NCBI GenBank assembly: GCA_963820815.1
Contig: CAWGBL010000005.1
Location: 44,424 to 108,423 of the forward strand
DNA length: 64,000 bases
Source of the DNA: an uncultured Actinomycetota bacterium
GTDB lineage: Bacteria; Actinomycetota; Acidimicrobiia; Acidimicrobiales; RAAP-2
Reading direction: 5' to 3'
This document shows positions 9,420 to 20,204 of the stretch, one piece after another. Under the pieces are notes generated by a model that did no database searches, was not told where the DNA came from, and saw only the letters and a list, made by a program, of their open reading frames with translations. Position 1 is the stretch's first letter, and each line of letters begins with the position of its first letter. The position numbers and the translations under genes were made by a program.

Positions 9420-11924
9420 ATGGGCTCAGCGGTCGCCGTCGGGGTGTTCTGCCTGCGCGCGACCCTGGCGCGCCGACGGGGCTCCATCGTCTCACTCGTC
9501 CTCGTCATCGGAGTCCTAGGTGGGCTGTCGCTCGCGTCCATCGCGGGAGCGCGGCGTACCGCCTCGTCGTACCCGACGTACCTCGCCAGCACCCATCCCT
9601 CGGACCTCAACTTCCTGTCCGCGATCTACGAGCCGGGCCACGCCGCGGTCCGCTCCTACGGCTCCGGCTACGACCCGGCGATCATCCGCGCGGTCGAGCG
9701 GCTGCCTGGCGTCAGGCGCGTCGAGAGCTACGCGCTGGTCAACGCGACCGGCCTCAACAAGGGCGGCGGCGCCGAGGGAGTCGGCACCGCAATCGTCGAG
9801 GGGAGCGTCGACGGCGAGTTCTTCAACCAGGACCGCGTCACCGTGGTCAAGGGTCGGATGTCCAACGCCGCGAGGCCCGGCGAAATCGTCGTGTCCACGT
9901 CGTTCGCGCGGTCCGTGCTGAACACGCTCAAGCTCCCGGTCTCGTTCGCCGCCGGCCTCTTCACGAACGAGCAGCTCGCCAGCCCACGCTTCGGTCAGCC
10001 GAGCGTCAAACCACGGGTGAGAATCAGGGCGTCCATCGTCGGAGTCGTCGGATTCAACGACACCGTCGTCCAGGACGACGTGGACGCGAGCCCCTTCGGC
10101 CGGATCCTGCTCACGCCCACCCTGACGCGGATGGCCCTCGCGTGCTGCGTGTCGGGGACGGCGACTTACGTATCGCTTCGCAGCCCTCGAGACCTCGCCG
10201 CCGTGGAGGCGGAGATCGTCCGGATCCTGCCCCGCGGGGCGACGCCGCTCTTCTACGTGACGTCGGACTTCGCGACCAAGGCCAACCAGTCCATCGAGCC
10301 GATCGCCATCGCGCTGGGAGTCTTCGGCGCGATCGCCGGGGTCGTCACCCTCCTCGTGGCCCTGCTTATGATCGGGCGTCAGGTCAGCCGCGCCGGGACC
10401 GAGGCGTCGGTACTGCGCGCCGTGGGCGCATCCCCGACGGCGATCGTCACGGCGTTAATCCTTGGCCCGGTCTGCGCGCTCGTCCTGGGCGTCGTCCTCG
10501 CGGTCGGCGTCGCACTGCTCCTGTCGCCGCTCGCGCCGCTGGGACCCGTGCGCCCGTACTATCCGCACCCCGGCGTCTCGGCTGACGGGCTCGTGCTCGG
10601 CCTCGGCGCCTCATTCCTGCTCGTGGGCCTGGGTTGCTCGACCCTGCTGTCGGCGAGCCGACGCGCCCCGCACCGCCTGGCTCGCCGGGCCCGCCGGCCC
10701 CGCTCACCGCTCCTTGCGCGCCTCGCCGCGTCGCGCGCCCTTCCGGCGCCCGCGCTCACCGGCATTCGCTACGCCCTCGACGCCGGCGCCGACTCGGTCC
10801 CGGTGCGCTCGGCCATGGTGGGCGTCGCCCTGGCGATGGGCGTCATCGTGGCCACGATCACCTTCGGCGCGAGCCTCCACTCCCTGGTGTCGCACCCCCG
10901 ACTCTACGGCTGGAACTGGGACTACGAGCTCTCGTCGAGCGGCTTCGGGTACTCGGACATCCCCAAGGCGTCCCTCGACCATCTGCTGCACGACGACCGG
11001 TACGTGGCGGCGTGGTCCGACGTCTCCTTCGGAGAGCTGAGCGTCGACGGGGTCACCGTGCCGGTCATCGGCGTGCGCCCCGGCGCGAGGGTCGGCCCCC
11101 CGCTCCTCTCCGGGCACGGCCTGGCCGCCTCGGATCAGGTCGTACTCGGCGCGGCCACCCTCGCCGCGCTCCACACCAGGGTTGGCGAGACGGTGACCGT
11201 CGACGCCGGGGGACGAACCGTCCGCCTGAGAGTCGTCGGCACCGCGACGTTGCCGACCGTCGGGCAGGCCGGCAGCCTCCACACGACGATGGGCACCGGG
11301 GCGCTCCTTGACGTCGGGGTTCTCCCGGCGGCCCAGCGGAACCCCTTCTCCTCGTCCGTCCCCGGCCCTCAGGCGGTGTGGATCCGACTGCGCCCGGGCG
11401 CTGCGCGCGCGGCGGCCCTCCGTTCGCTCCGAACGATTGCGAGCTCTCAAGCGCTGTCCGTGGACGGGTCGCCCACCGTTCAAGCGGTCCAGCGCCCGGC
11501 GCAGATCGTGAACTACCGATCCGTCGGCACGACCCCGGACCTGCTCGCGCTCGGCCTGGCCGCGGGGTCCGTCGCGGCCCTGGGGCTCACGCTCGTCGAC
11601 TCGGTTCGCCGACGCCGCCGCAGCCTGGCCGTTCTCAAAGCCCTCGGCTTCACGCGCCGTCAGATCGCGGCGACCGTCGCCTGGCAGTCCTCGATGGCCA
11701 TCGTGGTGGGCGAGATCGTCGGCATCCCTTTGGGGGTCGTCGCCGGGCGAGCCGCGTGGACGGGCTTCGCCCGCGTGATCCACGTCGTGCCCTCCCCCAG
11801 CGTCTCGATCCTCGTCGTCGTCCTGGTCGCGCTCGGCGGACTAGCCGTCGGCAACGCCGTCGCCTTCGTCCCCGGCCGCGTGGCCGCCAGCACATCGACG
11901 GCTCGGCTGCTGCGCGTCGAGTGA
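9420..11924 (+). CDS. FtsX/MacB-like ABC transporter permease, duplicated two-domain type
   Basis: Two periplasmic-plus-TM halves with VLRAVGAS and RRRRSLAVLKALGFTRRQI motifs. Confidence 0.85.
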   Translation: MGSAVAVGVFCLRATLARRRGSIVSLVLVIGVLGGLSLASIAGARRTASSYPTYLASTHPSDLNFLSAIYEPGHAAVRSYGSGYDPAIIRAVERLPGVRRVESYALVNATGLNKGGGAEGVGTAIVEGSVDGEFFNQDRVTVVKGRMSNAARPGEIVVSTSFARSVLNTLKLPVSFAAGLFTNEQLASPRFGQPSVKPRVRIRASIVGVVGFNDTVVQDDVDASPFGRILLTPTLTRMALACCVSGTATYVSLRSPRDLAAVEAEIVRILPRGATPLFYVTSDFATKANQSIEPIAIALGVFGAIAGVVTLLVALLMIGRQVSRAGTEASVLRAVGASPTAIVTALILGPVCALVLGVVLAVGVALLLSPLAPLGPVRPYYPHPGVSADGLVLGLGASFLLVGLGCSTLLSASRRAPHRLARRARRPRSPLLARLAASRALPAPALTGIRYALDAGADSVPVRSAMVGVALAMGVIVATITFGASLHSLVSHPRLYGWNWDYELSSSGFGYSDIPKASLDHLLHDDRYVAAWSDVSFGELSVDGVTVPVIGVRPGARVGPPLLSGHGLAASDQVVLGAATLAALHTRVGETVTVDAGGRTVRLRVVGTATLPTVGQAGSLHTTMGTGALLDVGVLPAAQRNPFSSSVPGPQAVWIRLRPGAARAAALRSLRTIASSQALSVDGSPTVQAVQRPAQIVNYRSVGTTPDLLALGLAAGSVAALGLTLVDSVRRRRRSLAVLKALGFTRRQIAATVAWQSSMAIVVGEIVGIPLGVVAGRAAWTGFARVIHVVPSPSVSILVVVLVALGGLAVGNAVAFVPGRVAASTSTARLLRVE

Positions 11925-11996
11925 CCCCGACTCGGCGCCATCGGACTGGTGCGGCTGCGCGCCGCTCTGCTTGACTGGGCGCGTCAAGGGGGACCC

Positions 11997-12775
11997 ATGG
12001 AACTGGCGAACACCTCGGCGGTCGTGACCGGCGGCGCGTCGGGCCTCGGCGAGGCGACCGCGCAGGCGCTGAGCGCTCGCGGCGTGCGCGTCGTCGTGGC
12101 CGACCTCAACGACGAGCGAGGCGCGGCCGTCGCCGCCGAGGTCGGCGGGGTCTACGCCCACTGCGACGTCACCGACACCGACCAGGTCATCGCCGCGATC
12201 GAGGCGGCGACGGCCCTGGCCCCGCTCTGGAGCACGGTCAACTGCGCCGGGGTGGGCTGGGCGACGCGCACCATCGGCAAGGACGGCGAGTACGCCAGCG
12301 CCCACGACCTCGACCTCTACCGCCGGGTCATCGAGATCAACCTGGTCGGCACGTTCAACGTCTGCCGGCTTGGCGGCCACCGCGATGAGCCACAACGGCC
12401 CCGACGCCGACGGCCAGCGGGGCGCGATCGTCAACACAGCGTCGGTCGCGGCCGAGGACGGCCAGATCGGCCAGGTCGCCTACTCGTCGTCCAAGGGCGG
12501 CGTGGTCGGGCTCACGCTCCCGCTGGCGCGCGACCTCGCGGTGGTCGGCGTGCGGGTCAACACGCATCCTGCCGGGCCTCATCGACACCCCCATCTACGG
12601 CAGCGGCGAGGCGAGCGACGAGTTCAAGACCCGCCTGGGCGCCGGGGTCCTCTTCCCCAAGCGCCTCGGCTACGCGGGCGAGTTCGCGTCGCTGGCGGTC
12701 GAGCTGCTGTCAAACAGCTACATGAACGCCGAGTCGATCCGCATCGACGCCGGCATCCGGATGCAGCCGAAGTAG
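11997..12775 (+). CDS. SDR oxidoreductase, 3-hydroxyacyl-CoA dehydrogenase type 2-like (two indels)
   Basis: [38 protein letters not shown]-terminal [12 protein letters not shown]. Confidence 0.88.
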
Positions 12776-14359
12776 CTACGCGGTGATGTCGCGGCGGGCG
12801 AAGCCCGCCGTGCCCAGCGCCACCAGCAGCGCGCCGCCGGCGACGAAGACGCCGGCGGCGGCCCAGTCGGGCGGCGACGACGGCACCGCCGCGACGTAGT
12901 GGAAGAGCGAGAGGTCGACCGTCCACGACGGCCAGTGCAGCGCCGGCCCGAGCACCGCGACCAGGTAGCTCAGCCCCAGCAGGGCCGACAGCGTCGCGAA
13001 CGCCTGGCGCGGCACCGCGGCCACCAGCACCGCGGCGAGCCCGAGGACGAACGGCGCCGGCGCGGCGGCGTTGACCAGCCCCTTGACCGGCTCGACGACC
13101 GACAGGTGGGCGCCGCCGGCCAGGATGCCGACCCACACCGCGACCCCCGAGAGGACCGCGAGCGCCGCGGTGGCCACGATCGTCGCGCCGTAGGACGAGG
13201 CGAACCACCGCGCGCGGCTCGGGCCGAACCCGAGCGCCAGGTCGAGCCGGCCGCGCAGCTGGTCCTGGCCGAGCAGGGCGAAGAGGCTCAGCACCAGGAA
13301 GCCCACGCCGACCGAGACCAGGGAGCCGGTCTCGGCGACGAACCCCTTGACCGTGACCAGGCTGCCCAGGCCGTAGCGCTTGAGCAGCGCGACGTAGCCG
13401 GGGTCGGTGCGCGCCAGGTCGACGAGCGACTTGGTGAGGTAGCCCATGACGAGGCAGTAGAGCGCCAGGCCCGCCCCCCACACCAGGATCGTCGAGCGCC
13501 GCTCGCGCCAGGCGAAGCGCCACGACGTGCGCAGCGAGGCGACGTGGGCGCGCGCCCGGTCCGAGCGGGTCCACGTCGCCGCGCCGACGTCGCGCGTGGC
13601 CTGCGCGCGCGCCGCGAGCGCCGCCATCGCCGCCGGGGCGCAGAGCAGCGGCGCGACCCAGCCGGCCTCGCGCCGCTGGAACGCGCCGAGGTCCTCGAGC
13701 CAGCCGAACGGGCTCGCCCAGGCGATCCCGTGGGTGTGGGCCCCGGCGTCGGCCACCATGCGCACGAGGAAGAGGAGCCCTACCGCGCCGAGCGCGCACT
13801 GCGAGGCGCTGCGGCGCGGGGCGACCAGCTGGCCGGCCAGCAGGCCCAGCGCCGACCCGCTCCAGGCGACCCCGGCGAAGGCCAGGGCGTACAGGGCGGT
13901 GTCGGCGGGCGCCTGGTGGTCGGTCGCCAGCCCGACGTACACCGCGAGGCCGACCAGCAGCCCGGCCTCGGCCAGGGTGCGCGTGACCGCGGCCAGCTGG
14001 CGCGCGCGCCCGGCCGGGCCGGCCACCAGCAGGTCGACCGTGCCCTCGTCCTCGCCCAGGCGCGTGAGGCGCGTCGCCATCAGGCCGCCCCACATCGCCA
14101 CGCCGAGCGCGAGGAACATCCCCATCTTCCAGGCGACGAACGCCCCGGCCGAGCCCAGGTTGTTGGCGCGGCCGTACAGGGCGACGATGGCGGGGTTCTT
14201 GAGCAGCGGGACCGTGCCGGCCAGGCCGAGCGCGCCGCCGCTGGCGTTGTAGGACGAGACCCCCACGCGCACCACGACCAGGGCGAAGGCCGCCATGACC
14301 AGGGTGGGCGTGCGCACCTGGCGCAGCGCCAGGCCGTGCAGGCTTCGCGGGCCCCTCAC
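12776..14359 (-). CDS. ABC-2 type exporter permease (actinobacterial polyether/antibiotic exporter-like)
   Basis: About 12 hydrophobic segments, [20 protein letters not shown]; GTG overlaps the ATPase stop. Confidence 0.8.
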   Translation of the reverse strand: MRGPRSLHGLALRQVRTPTLVMAAFALVVVRVGVSSYNASGGALGLAGTVPLLKNPAIVALYGRANNLGSAGAFVAWKMGMFLALGVAMWGGLMATRLTRLGEDEGTVDLLVAGPAGRARQLAAVTRTLAEAGLLVGLAVYVGLATDHQAPADTALYALAFAGVAWSGSALGLLAGQLVAPRRSASQCALGAVGLLFLVRMVADAGAHTHGIAWASPFGWLEDLGAFQRREAGWVAPLLCAPAAMAALAARAQATRDVGAATWTRSDRARAHVASLRTSWRFAWRERRSTILVWGAGLALYCLVMGYLTKSLVDLARTDPGYVALLKRYGLGSLVTVKGFVAETGSLVSVGVGFLVLSLFALLGQDQLRGRLDLALGFGPSRARWFASSYGATIVATAALAVLSGVAVWVGILAGGAHLSVVEPVKGLVNAAAPAPFVLGLAAVLVAAVPRQAFATLSALLGLSYLVAVLGPALHWPSWTVDLSLFHYVAAVPSSPPDWAAAGVFVAGGALLVALGTAGFARRDITA

Positions 14360-15300
14360 GGCCCGGCCGTCGTCGCCCCGTCGTAGAAGGAGAGGAAGAT
14401 CTCCTCGAGCGACGCCTCGCGCGACCGCAGCCCGGTGACGCGCCGGCCGGCCAGCGCGGCGAGCAGCGGCGCCGGCGACCCGGTGACGCTCACGCGCACC
14501 CCGTCGGGGATGGCCGCGACCGCGGTCACCCCGGCCACGCCGGAGAGGTCGCCGACGTCGCCGGTCACGTCGAACTCGACGCCGACGTGCGAGCGCAGCT
14601 CCTCGACGTCGGCCACCGTCACGAGCCGTCCCTCGCGGATCATGGCCACGCGCGCGCACAGGTGCTCGACCTCGCTGAGGAGGTGGCTCGAGAGCAGCAC
14701 GGCCTGGCCGCGCGCGGCCGCCTCGAGCGCGCACTCGCGGAAGGCCCGCTCCATGAGCGGGTCGAGCCCGCTGGTGGGCTCGTCGAGCAGCAGGGCGTCG
14801 GCGCGCGTCGCGAACGCCGCGACGATGGCCACCTTCTGGCGGTTCCCCTTGGAGAGCGCGCGGATCCGCCGGTCCGGGTCGAGCTCAAGGCGCTCGAAGA
14901 GGAGGTCGCGGTAGGCCTCGTCAATCGACCCGTGGAGCTGACCGAGCAGCGCGACCGCCTCGCGCCCGGTCAGCTGGGCCCACAGGGCCACGTCGCCCGG
15001 GACGTAGGCGACGTGGCGTCGGGCCTCGTCAGAGCCCGCGCGGTGAGAGAGGATCCGGGCCTCGCCGCGCGTCGGGCGCAGCAGGCCGAGCAGGAGGCGC
15101 AGGGTCGTGGACTTGCCCGCGCCGTTGGGGCCGAGGAAGCCGACGATCTCGCCGGGGGCGACCGCCAGGGTGAGGCCCTCGACCGCGCGAACCGACCCGA
15201 AGTGCTTGGTCAGGTCGACGGCCTCAATCGCGGGCTCGGGCACCTCGTCGAACCTACCGGAGACCCGCCGAGAGCCAGGTGGGCCGACCTCGGCGAGCAT
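14356..15300 (-). CDS. ABC transporter ATP-binding protein (alternative start GTG 15243)
   Basis: GPNGAGKST, LSKGNRQK, LLLDEPTSGLD, SSH. Confidence 0.92.
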   Translation of the reverse strand: MLAEVGPPGSRRVSGRFDEVPEPAIEAVDLTKHFGSVRAVEGLTLAVAPGEIVGFLGPNGAGKSTTLRLLLGLLRPTRGEARILSHRAGSDEARRHVAYVPGDVALWAQLTGREAVALLGQLHGSIDEAYRDLLFERLELDPDRRIRALSKGNRQKVAIVAAFATRADALLLDEPTSGLDPLMERAFRECALEAAARGQAVLLSSHLLSEVEHLCARVAMIREGRLVTVADVEELRSHVGVEFDVTGDVGDLSGVAGVTAVAAIPDGVRVSVTGSPAPLLAALAGRRVTGLRSREASLEEIFLSFYDGATTAGP

Positions 15301-15310
15301 GCCCCCGCGT

Positions 15311-15826
15311 CTAGAGCTCGATGGCGTAGAAGAGTGTCAGGTCGGTCAGCCCGTAGGGCGCCCCCTCGAAGTCGGCGAACGGTGTGACCGCGACGAAGCC
15401 GAGCCGCTCGTAGAGGGCGACGGCGGCCGCCATGTAGCGGTGGGTCTCGAGGCGCAGCATGGCGTAGCCCAGGGCGCGCGCGTCCTCGATCACCCTCTCC
15501 ATCAGGGACGACGCGACGCCGGCGCCGCGCCCGGCGGGGGCGACGTAGAGCCGCTTGACCTCGGCGGTGGCGGCGTCGACCGGCTTGAGGGCGACGACGC
15601 CGACGGGCCGGGCGCCCGCCTCGGCGAGGAAGAGCCGGCCGCGCGGCCCCAGCAGGGCCTCGCGCTCGGCCGCGAAGCCGGCGGCGACGAGCTCGGCCTG
15701 GTCCGCGCGCACCGCCGCGCCGCTCGCGACGAGCTCGCCGAGCACCCACGCCACGTAGTCGGCGAACAGCGGGCCGCACCGCGACCACCCCTCAACGTCC
15801 GTCACGCGGGTGATGTCGACAGCCAC
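15311..15826 (-). CDS. GNAT family N-acetyltransferase
   Basis: AEVKRLYVAPAGRGAGVA, LRLET, AVALYERLGF; TACCGT -10-like hexamer upstream of GTG. Confidence 0.85.
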   Translation of the reverse strand: MAVDITRVTDVEGWSRCGPLFADYVAWVLGELVASGAAVRADQAELVAAGFAAEREALLGPRGRLFLAEAGARPVGVVALKPVDAATAEVKRLYVAPAGRGAGVASSLMERVIEDARALGYAMLRLETHRYMAAAVALYERLGFVAVTPFADFEGAPYGLTDLTLFYAIEL

Positions 15827-15914
15827 GAGCCGTGACGGTAGTCTCGACCTGGGCGAGGCTGGACGCCGCGGATCCGACCTCCGATCGGGGTCGCGACGAG
15901 CGACCAAGGAGACC

Positions 15915-16907
15915 GTGGAGAACCGAGCCCCCCTGCGTAGCGCGAGCCCCTGGACCCTGCGCGCCGTCCTGGGCCTCTCGCTGGTCACCCTGATCGCGGT
16001 CGGGATCACCCTCTCGCACCGCGCCAGCGGGTCGGGGGCGCCCACGACGACGACGACCGCCGCCTCGACCGCCACGACGACGACGTCAGCCGGCCACGCC
16101 ACCACGACGACCCGGCCGCCCACCAACGCCCACGGCCCGGTCGTCAACGTCGGCAACATCGACCAGACCGCGCGCGGCTGCGGCCTGGTCGCGCGCCGGC
16201 CGGGCCAGCCGATCACCACGACGACCACCCGCAAGGTGAGCGGCGTCGGCCACTGCACAGTGATCGAGATCGGCGACTCCCTCGGTAACGACCTCGGCTG
16301 GGGCCTCGCGCGCGAGCTCGAGCGCACGCCGGGCATGCACCTGGTGCAGCTCGACCGCTCCTCGACCGGGCTGGCCGCGACGTGGTTCTACAGCTGGCCG
16401 GTCCAGCTCAAGCACGCGCTCACGCGCTACCACCCCAACCTGGTCCTCGTCATGCTCGGCGCCAACGACGAGCAGGCGATACGCGTGAACGGCGTGTCGG
16501 CGAGCTTCTCCACGCCGGCGTGGGACCAGGCCTACCTCAAGCGCATCCACCAGATCGTCGCCGAGTCGACCGCGGCCGGCGCCTACGTCATGTGGGTCGG
16601 GCTGCCGGTGATGGAGCCGCCGACGTTCCGCGCCGGAGCGCACCTGCTCAACTCGCTCTACGCGCGCGAGGTGCCCACGGTGCCCGGCGGGACGTTCCTG
16701 CCGACCTGGGACCTCTTCGCCGACCGCGGCGGCAACTTCCACCAGTCGGCGCTGGTCAACGGCGCGCCCCAGATCCTGCGCGCCCCCGACGGCATCCACT
16801 TCTCGGTCATCGGCGAGGACGTGCTGGCCACCTACGTCGTGCGCCAGATCACCGCCGTCTACGGCGTGCCGCTGCGCCCCGACGCGCCCGAGACGATCAC
16901 CGGCTAG
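15915..16907 (+). CDS. Membrane-anchored SGNH/GDSL protein (DUF459-like)
   Basis: AAGGAG RBS; TM anchor; Thr-rich linker; IGDSLG, SSTGL, MLGAND, DGIHF blocks. Confidence 0.85.
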   Translation: MENRAPLRSASPWTLRAVLGLSLVTLIAVGITLSHRASGSGAPTTTTTAASTATTTTSAGHATTTTRPPTNAHGPVVNVGNIDQTARGCGLVARRPGQPITTTTTRKVSGVGHCTVIEIGDSLGNDLGWGLARELERTPGMHLVQLDRSSTGLAATWFYSWPVQLKHALTRYHPNLVLVMLGANDEQAIRVNGVSASFSTPAWDQAYLKRIHQIVAESTAAGAYVMWVGLPVMEPPTFRAGAHLLNSLYAREVPTVPGGTFLPTWDLFADRGGNFHQSALVNGAPQILRAPDGIHFSVIGEDVLATYVVRQITAVYGVPLRPDAPETITG

Positions 16908-18112
16908 CCCCCCGGGGTGAGGCGCCCCACGATGACCGTCGCGTCGATCACCGCCGCGACGCAGCAGGCCAGCAGCAGGACGTTCGCGACGTGGTCGCGC
17001 GCGAGGCGCGCCGAGTGGCGCAGCGGGTTCTCGAGCAGGTGGAACGAGAGCAGCGCGCAGGCCACCGCGCCGGCCACCTCCAGGGCGCGGTCGCCCGGCG
17101 AGGTGAGCGGGCGGGCCAGCTGGGTCGGCAGGACCAGCCACGCGTAGTGCCAGAGGTAGAGCGAGTAGGAGGCGTCGCCGAGGTACGTCATCGGCCGCGC
17201 GCTCAGCCACGACGCCGGCGCGCCGGGCAGGCTGGCGCGCCCGGTGTGGATCAGCGCCGCGGTGGCCAGGCAGGGCCACCACGCGAGGACCCCGGGGTAG
17301 GCGCTCTGGGCCGAGAGCCGCCAGACCGCGAGCCCGAGCGCGACGGCCGCCACGACCGAGAGCGCCGCGTTGGCCCGCGGCGTGCGCCGTGCCCAGGCCT
17401 GGGGCACGACGGCCATCAGGCCGCCCAGGGCGAGCTCCCAGAAGCGGGTGAAGGGCGAGTAGTAGGCGGCGGTCGCGTCGGCGTGCGTGAGGTGGGCCGA
17501 CCAGGTCGCGCTCAGCGCGATCCCCACCAGCAGCATCGCGGCCAGCGCGGCCGGGCGCCGGCGCGCCGGGGCGAGCCACGTGACGGCGAAGAGCAGGACC
17601 GGGTAGCACACGTAGAACTGCTCTTCGACCCCCAGCGACCAGTAGTGGGTGATGAGCGAGGGCGCGAGGCCCGGGATGAAGTAGTTCGCGCTCGTCTCGA
17701 TGAGCCGCCAGTTGGCCGCGAAGAAGGTGGCCCAGCGCGCGTCGGTCAGGAGGCGCGGGTCGAAGTTCGAGCCGAGCAGCGCGCGCGCCGCGACCACCGT
17801 CGCGATGAGCGTCACCGTCGCCGCGGGCACGATGCGCCGGATCCGTCGCGAGTAGAACTCGGCCAGGTTGCGCCGGACCGAGTCGTGCGGCTGGCGCATG
17901 AGCAGCCCGGTGATGACGAACCCGCTGATCACGAAGAACACGTCGACGCCGACGTAGCCGCCGCCGAAGCCGGGCACCCCGGCGTGGTTGGCGACGACCA
18001 GGGCGACCGCGACGGCGCGCAGCCCCTGGACGTCGGGCCGGAACGACCCATCGGCCGGCGCGTCGAAGTGCTCGAGCGCCGGGTCCCGGCGCGCCAGCGA
18101 CGTGTAGCTCAC
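16904..18112 (-). CDS. Acyltransferase-3 (OafA/OatA-type) membrane acyltransferase without C-terminal SGNH domain
   Basis: FRPDVQGLRAVAV, GVDVFFVISGF, FYSRRIRRI, HYWSLGVEEQFY, SYSLYLWH. Confidence 0.92.
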   Translation of the reverse strand: MSYTSLARRDPALEHFDAPADGSFRPDVQGLRAVAVALVVANHAGVPGFGGGYVGVDVFFVISGFVITGLLMRQPHDSVRRNLAEFYSRRIRRIVPAATVTLIATVVAARALLGSNFDPRLLTDARWATFFAANWRLIETSANYFIPGLAPSLITHYWSLGVEEQFYVCYPVLLFAVTWLAPARRRPAALAAMLLVGIALSATWSAHLTHADATAAYYSPFTRFWELALGGLMAVVPQAWARRTPRANAALSVVAAVALGLAVWRLSAQSAYPGVLAWWPCLATAALIHTGRASLPGAPASWLSARPMTYLGDASYSLYLWHYAWLVLPTQLARPLTSPGDRALEVAGAVACALLSFHLLENPLRHSARLARDHVANVLLLACCVAAVIDATVIVGRLTPGG

Positions 18113-18636
18113 GACGCGACCAGTGCGCCGAGTCCCGCGCGGTCGTGGCAGTAGGTGAAGACGCGCCTCGGCACGACCTCGACGAAGCGCGCGTCGCCCG
18201 GGGCGTCGACCCAGTCCTCCGGGGTGCTGTCGTAGACGTCGCGCCACGACGGCGCGAGCGCCGCGGCCTCGGGCGTCGCGCCGCGCACCACGCGCGCGCG
18301 ACCGTGGACGAAGACGCCGACTGTGTCGCCCACGACGTGGCTCGCGCTGACCGCGGGGCGCGCCTCGAGGTGGCGGACCTTGACCGAGTCGGCGCTCGAC
18401 GTGAACCAGAGCCGGCCGTGCAGGAAGAGCCCGTCGGCGGCCGAGGTGAGCGGCTCGCCGGACGCGCCGACCGTCGCCACCACGAAGTGGCGCACCCCGA
18501 CCAGGTAGGCGACGAGCTCCTCGGCGCTCAGCGTCCGGCCGTCGTGGATGACCGACCGGAGGTGCGCGCCGGCGCCGGCGTAGGACTCGTCGAGCAGCGC
18601 CTGGAGCGCCGCCACCTCGCCGGGGGTCTCGAGCAT
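18109..18636 (-). CDS. Pyridoxamine 5'-phosphate oxidase-like flavin-binding protein
   Basis: LQALLDESY N-terminus, VATVGASGEP, KVRHLEARPAVS, VHGRA. Confidence 0.8.
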   Translation of the reverse strand: MLETPGEVAALQALLDESYAGAGAHLRSVIHDGRTLSAEELVAYLVGVRHFVVATVGASGEPLTSAADGLFLHGRLWFTSSADSVKVRHLEARPAVSASHVVGDTVGVFVHGRARVVRGATPEAAALAPSWRDVYDSTPEDWVDAPGDARFVEVVPRRVFTYCHDRAGLGALVAS

Positions 18637-18676
18637 CCCCCCACGATGGCCGCGCTCGCCCCGCGGCGTCAACCGG

Positions 18677-20039
18677 CTAGATCTCGCGGGCCTCGGCCAG
18701 GTTGTCGAAGCGCGCGAACTCGCCGCGCCAAGTCAGGTGGACGGTGCGCGTCGGGCCGTTGCGGTTCTTGCCCACGATGACCTCGGCGTCGGCCTTTTTG
18801 TCGTTGGGCACCTCGCCGTACTGCTCGGGGCGGAAGAGGAAGAGGACGACGTCGGCGTCCTGCTCGAGCGAGCCCGACTCACGCAGGTCCGACATGAGGG
18901 GGCGCTTGTCCGCGCGGTCCTCGAGCTTGCGCGAGAGCTGGGAGAGCGCGATCACGGGGGTCTGGAGCTCGCGGGCCAGGATCTTGAGCGACCGGCTCAT
19001 GTCGGCGACCTCGACCTGGCGGTTCTCGGCGCGGCCGCGCGAGCTCATCAGCTGGAGGTAGTCGACGATGATCACCCCGAGGTCGCCGTTCTGCTGCTTG
19101 ATGCGCCGCGCCCGGCTGCGCACGTCCATCACCGTCAGCGCCGGATTGTCGTCGATGAAGACCTTGGCCGACTGCAAGAAGCCGAAGGCCTCGTGGGCGC
19201 GGTTCCAGTCGGCGTCGGAGAGGTCGCCGGTGCGCAGCTTGGACGAGTCGATGCGCGCGGTCGACGCGAGGATGCGCTCGGCCAGCTCCTGGCGGCTCAT
19301 CTCGAGCGAGAAGTAGAGCGCCGGCCGGCGCACGACCGCGCCGACGTGCACCAGCACGCCGAGGGCGAAGGCCGTCTTGCCGGTGCCCGGGCGCGCGCCG
19401 ACGATGGTCATCGAGTTGGGCTGGAGCCCCTGGAGCACGCCGTCGAGCGCGCGGTACCCGGTCTCGAGGCCGTTGAGCTGGCCGCGCGTCTCGCCGCGCA
19501 GCTCGAGGATGTCGGCCTCGCTGCAGCAGCAGGGCGTGCAGGGGCGCGACCGAGTCGATGGCGCGGTCGTCGGCGATCTGGTTGATCCGGCGCTCGGCCT
19601 CGTCGATGAGCCCGACCACGTCGTCGGTCGGCTGGTAGGCGGTGTCGACGATGTCGCCGGCCACCGCGATCAGGCGGCGCTGCTGGGCCTTGTCGCGGAC
19701 CAGGTCGGCGTAGTGGGCGGCGTTGGCCGCCGACGGCGTGTTCATCTGCAGGCTCGAGAGCACGCCGAGCTCGACGGCCATCGCGCCGTGCTCTTGGAGC
19801 TTGGCCTGGACGGTGACGTAGTCGACCGGCTCGTGCGCCTCGGCCAGCGCGATGATCGCCGAGAAGATCTGGCTGTGCAGCGGGCGGTAGAAGTCGTCCG
19901 GGCTGACCGTCTCGTAGGCGACGCTGACCGCCTCGGGCGACAGCAGCATCGCGCCGATCAGCGACTCCTCGGCCTCGATCGCGCTGGGCGGGACGCGCCC
20001 GGGCGCGCCGCGTGGGCGCTCGACCTCCAGCTGCGTCAT
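18677..20039 (-). CDS. dnaB: Replicative DNA helicase (one indel near 19523)
   Basis: PPSAIEAEESLIGAML, GARPGTGKT, DYLQLM, ALSQLSR, DLRESGSLEQDAD, KNRNGP; no intein. Confidence 0.95.
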
Positions 20040-20204
20040 AGGGGCTCCACACTGGGGCCGCGCGCTTGTGCCCCGCCAGCCCCGGAAGGTGGGGATTTCC
20101 GCGCCGCAGCCCCCGGGGCAACGTGTTCATAAGCCCGGGCGGTCTGGTGAGTACCTGGGGGAAACCTCACCGCGCCAGCGTCGCACGACGCTGCCACATC
20201 CGGG

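Noticed and set aside
16040-16230. ACG/ACC trinucleotide runs as a DNA repeat element
   Set aside because: They encode Thr-rich linkers of the SGNH protein
18677-20039. Intein or split gene in dnaB
   Set aside because: Joined length is normal (about 450 aa), there are no intein motifs, and a single extra base explains the split
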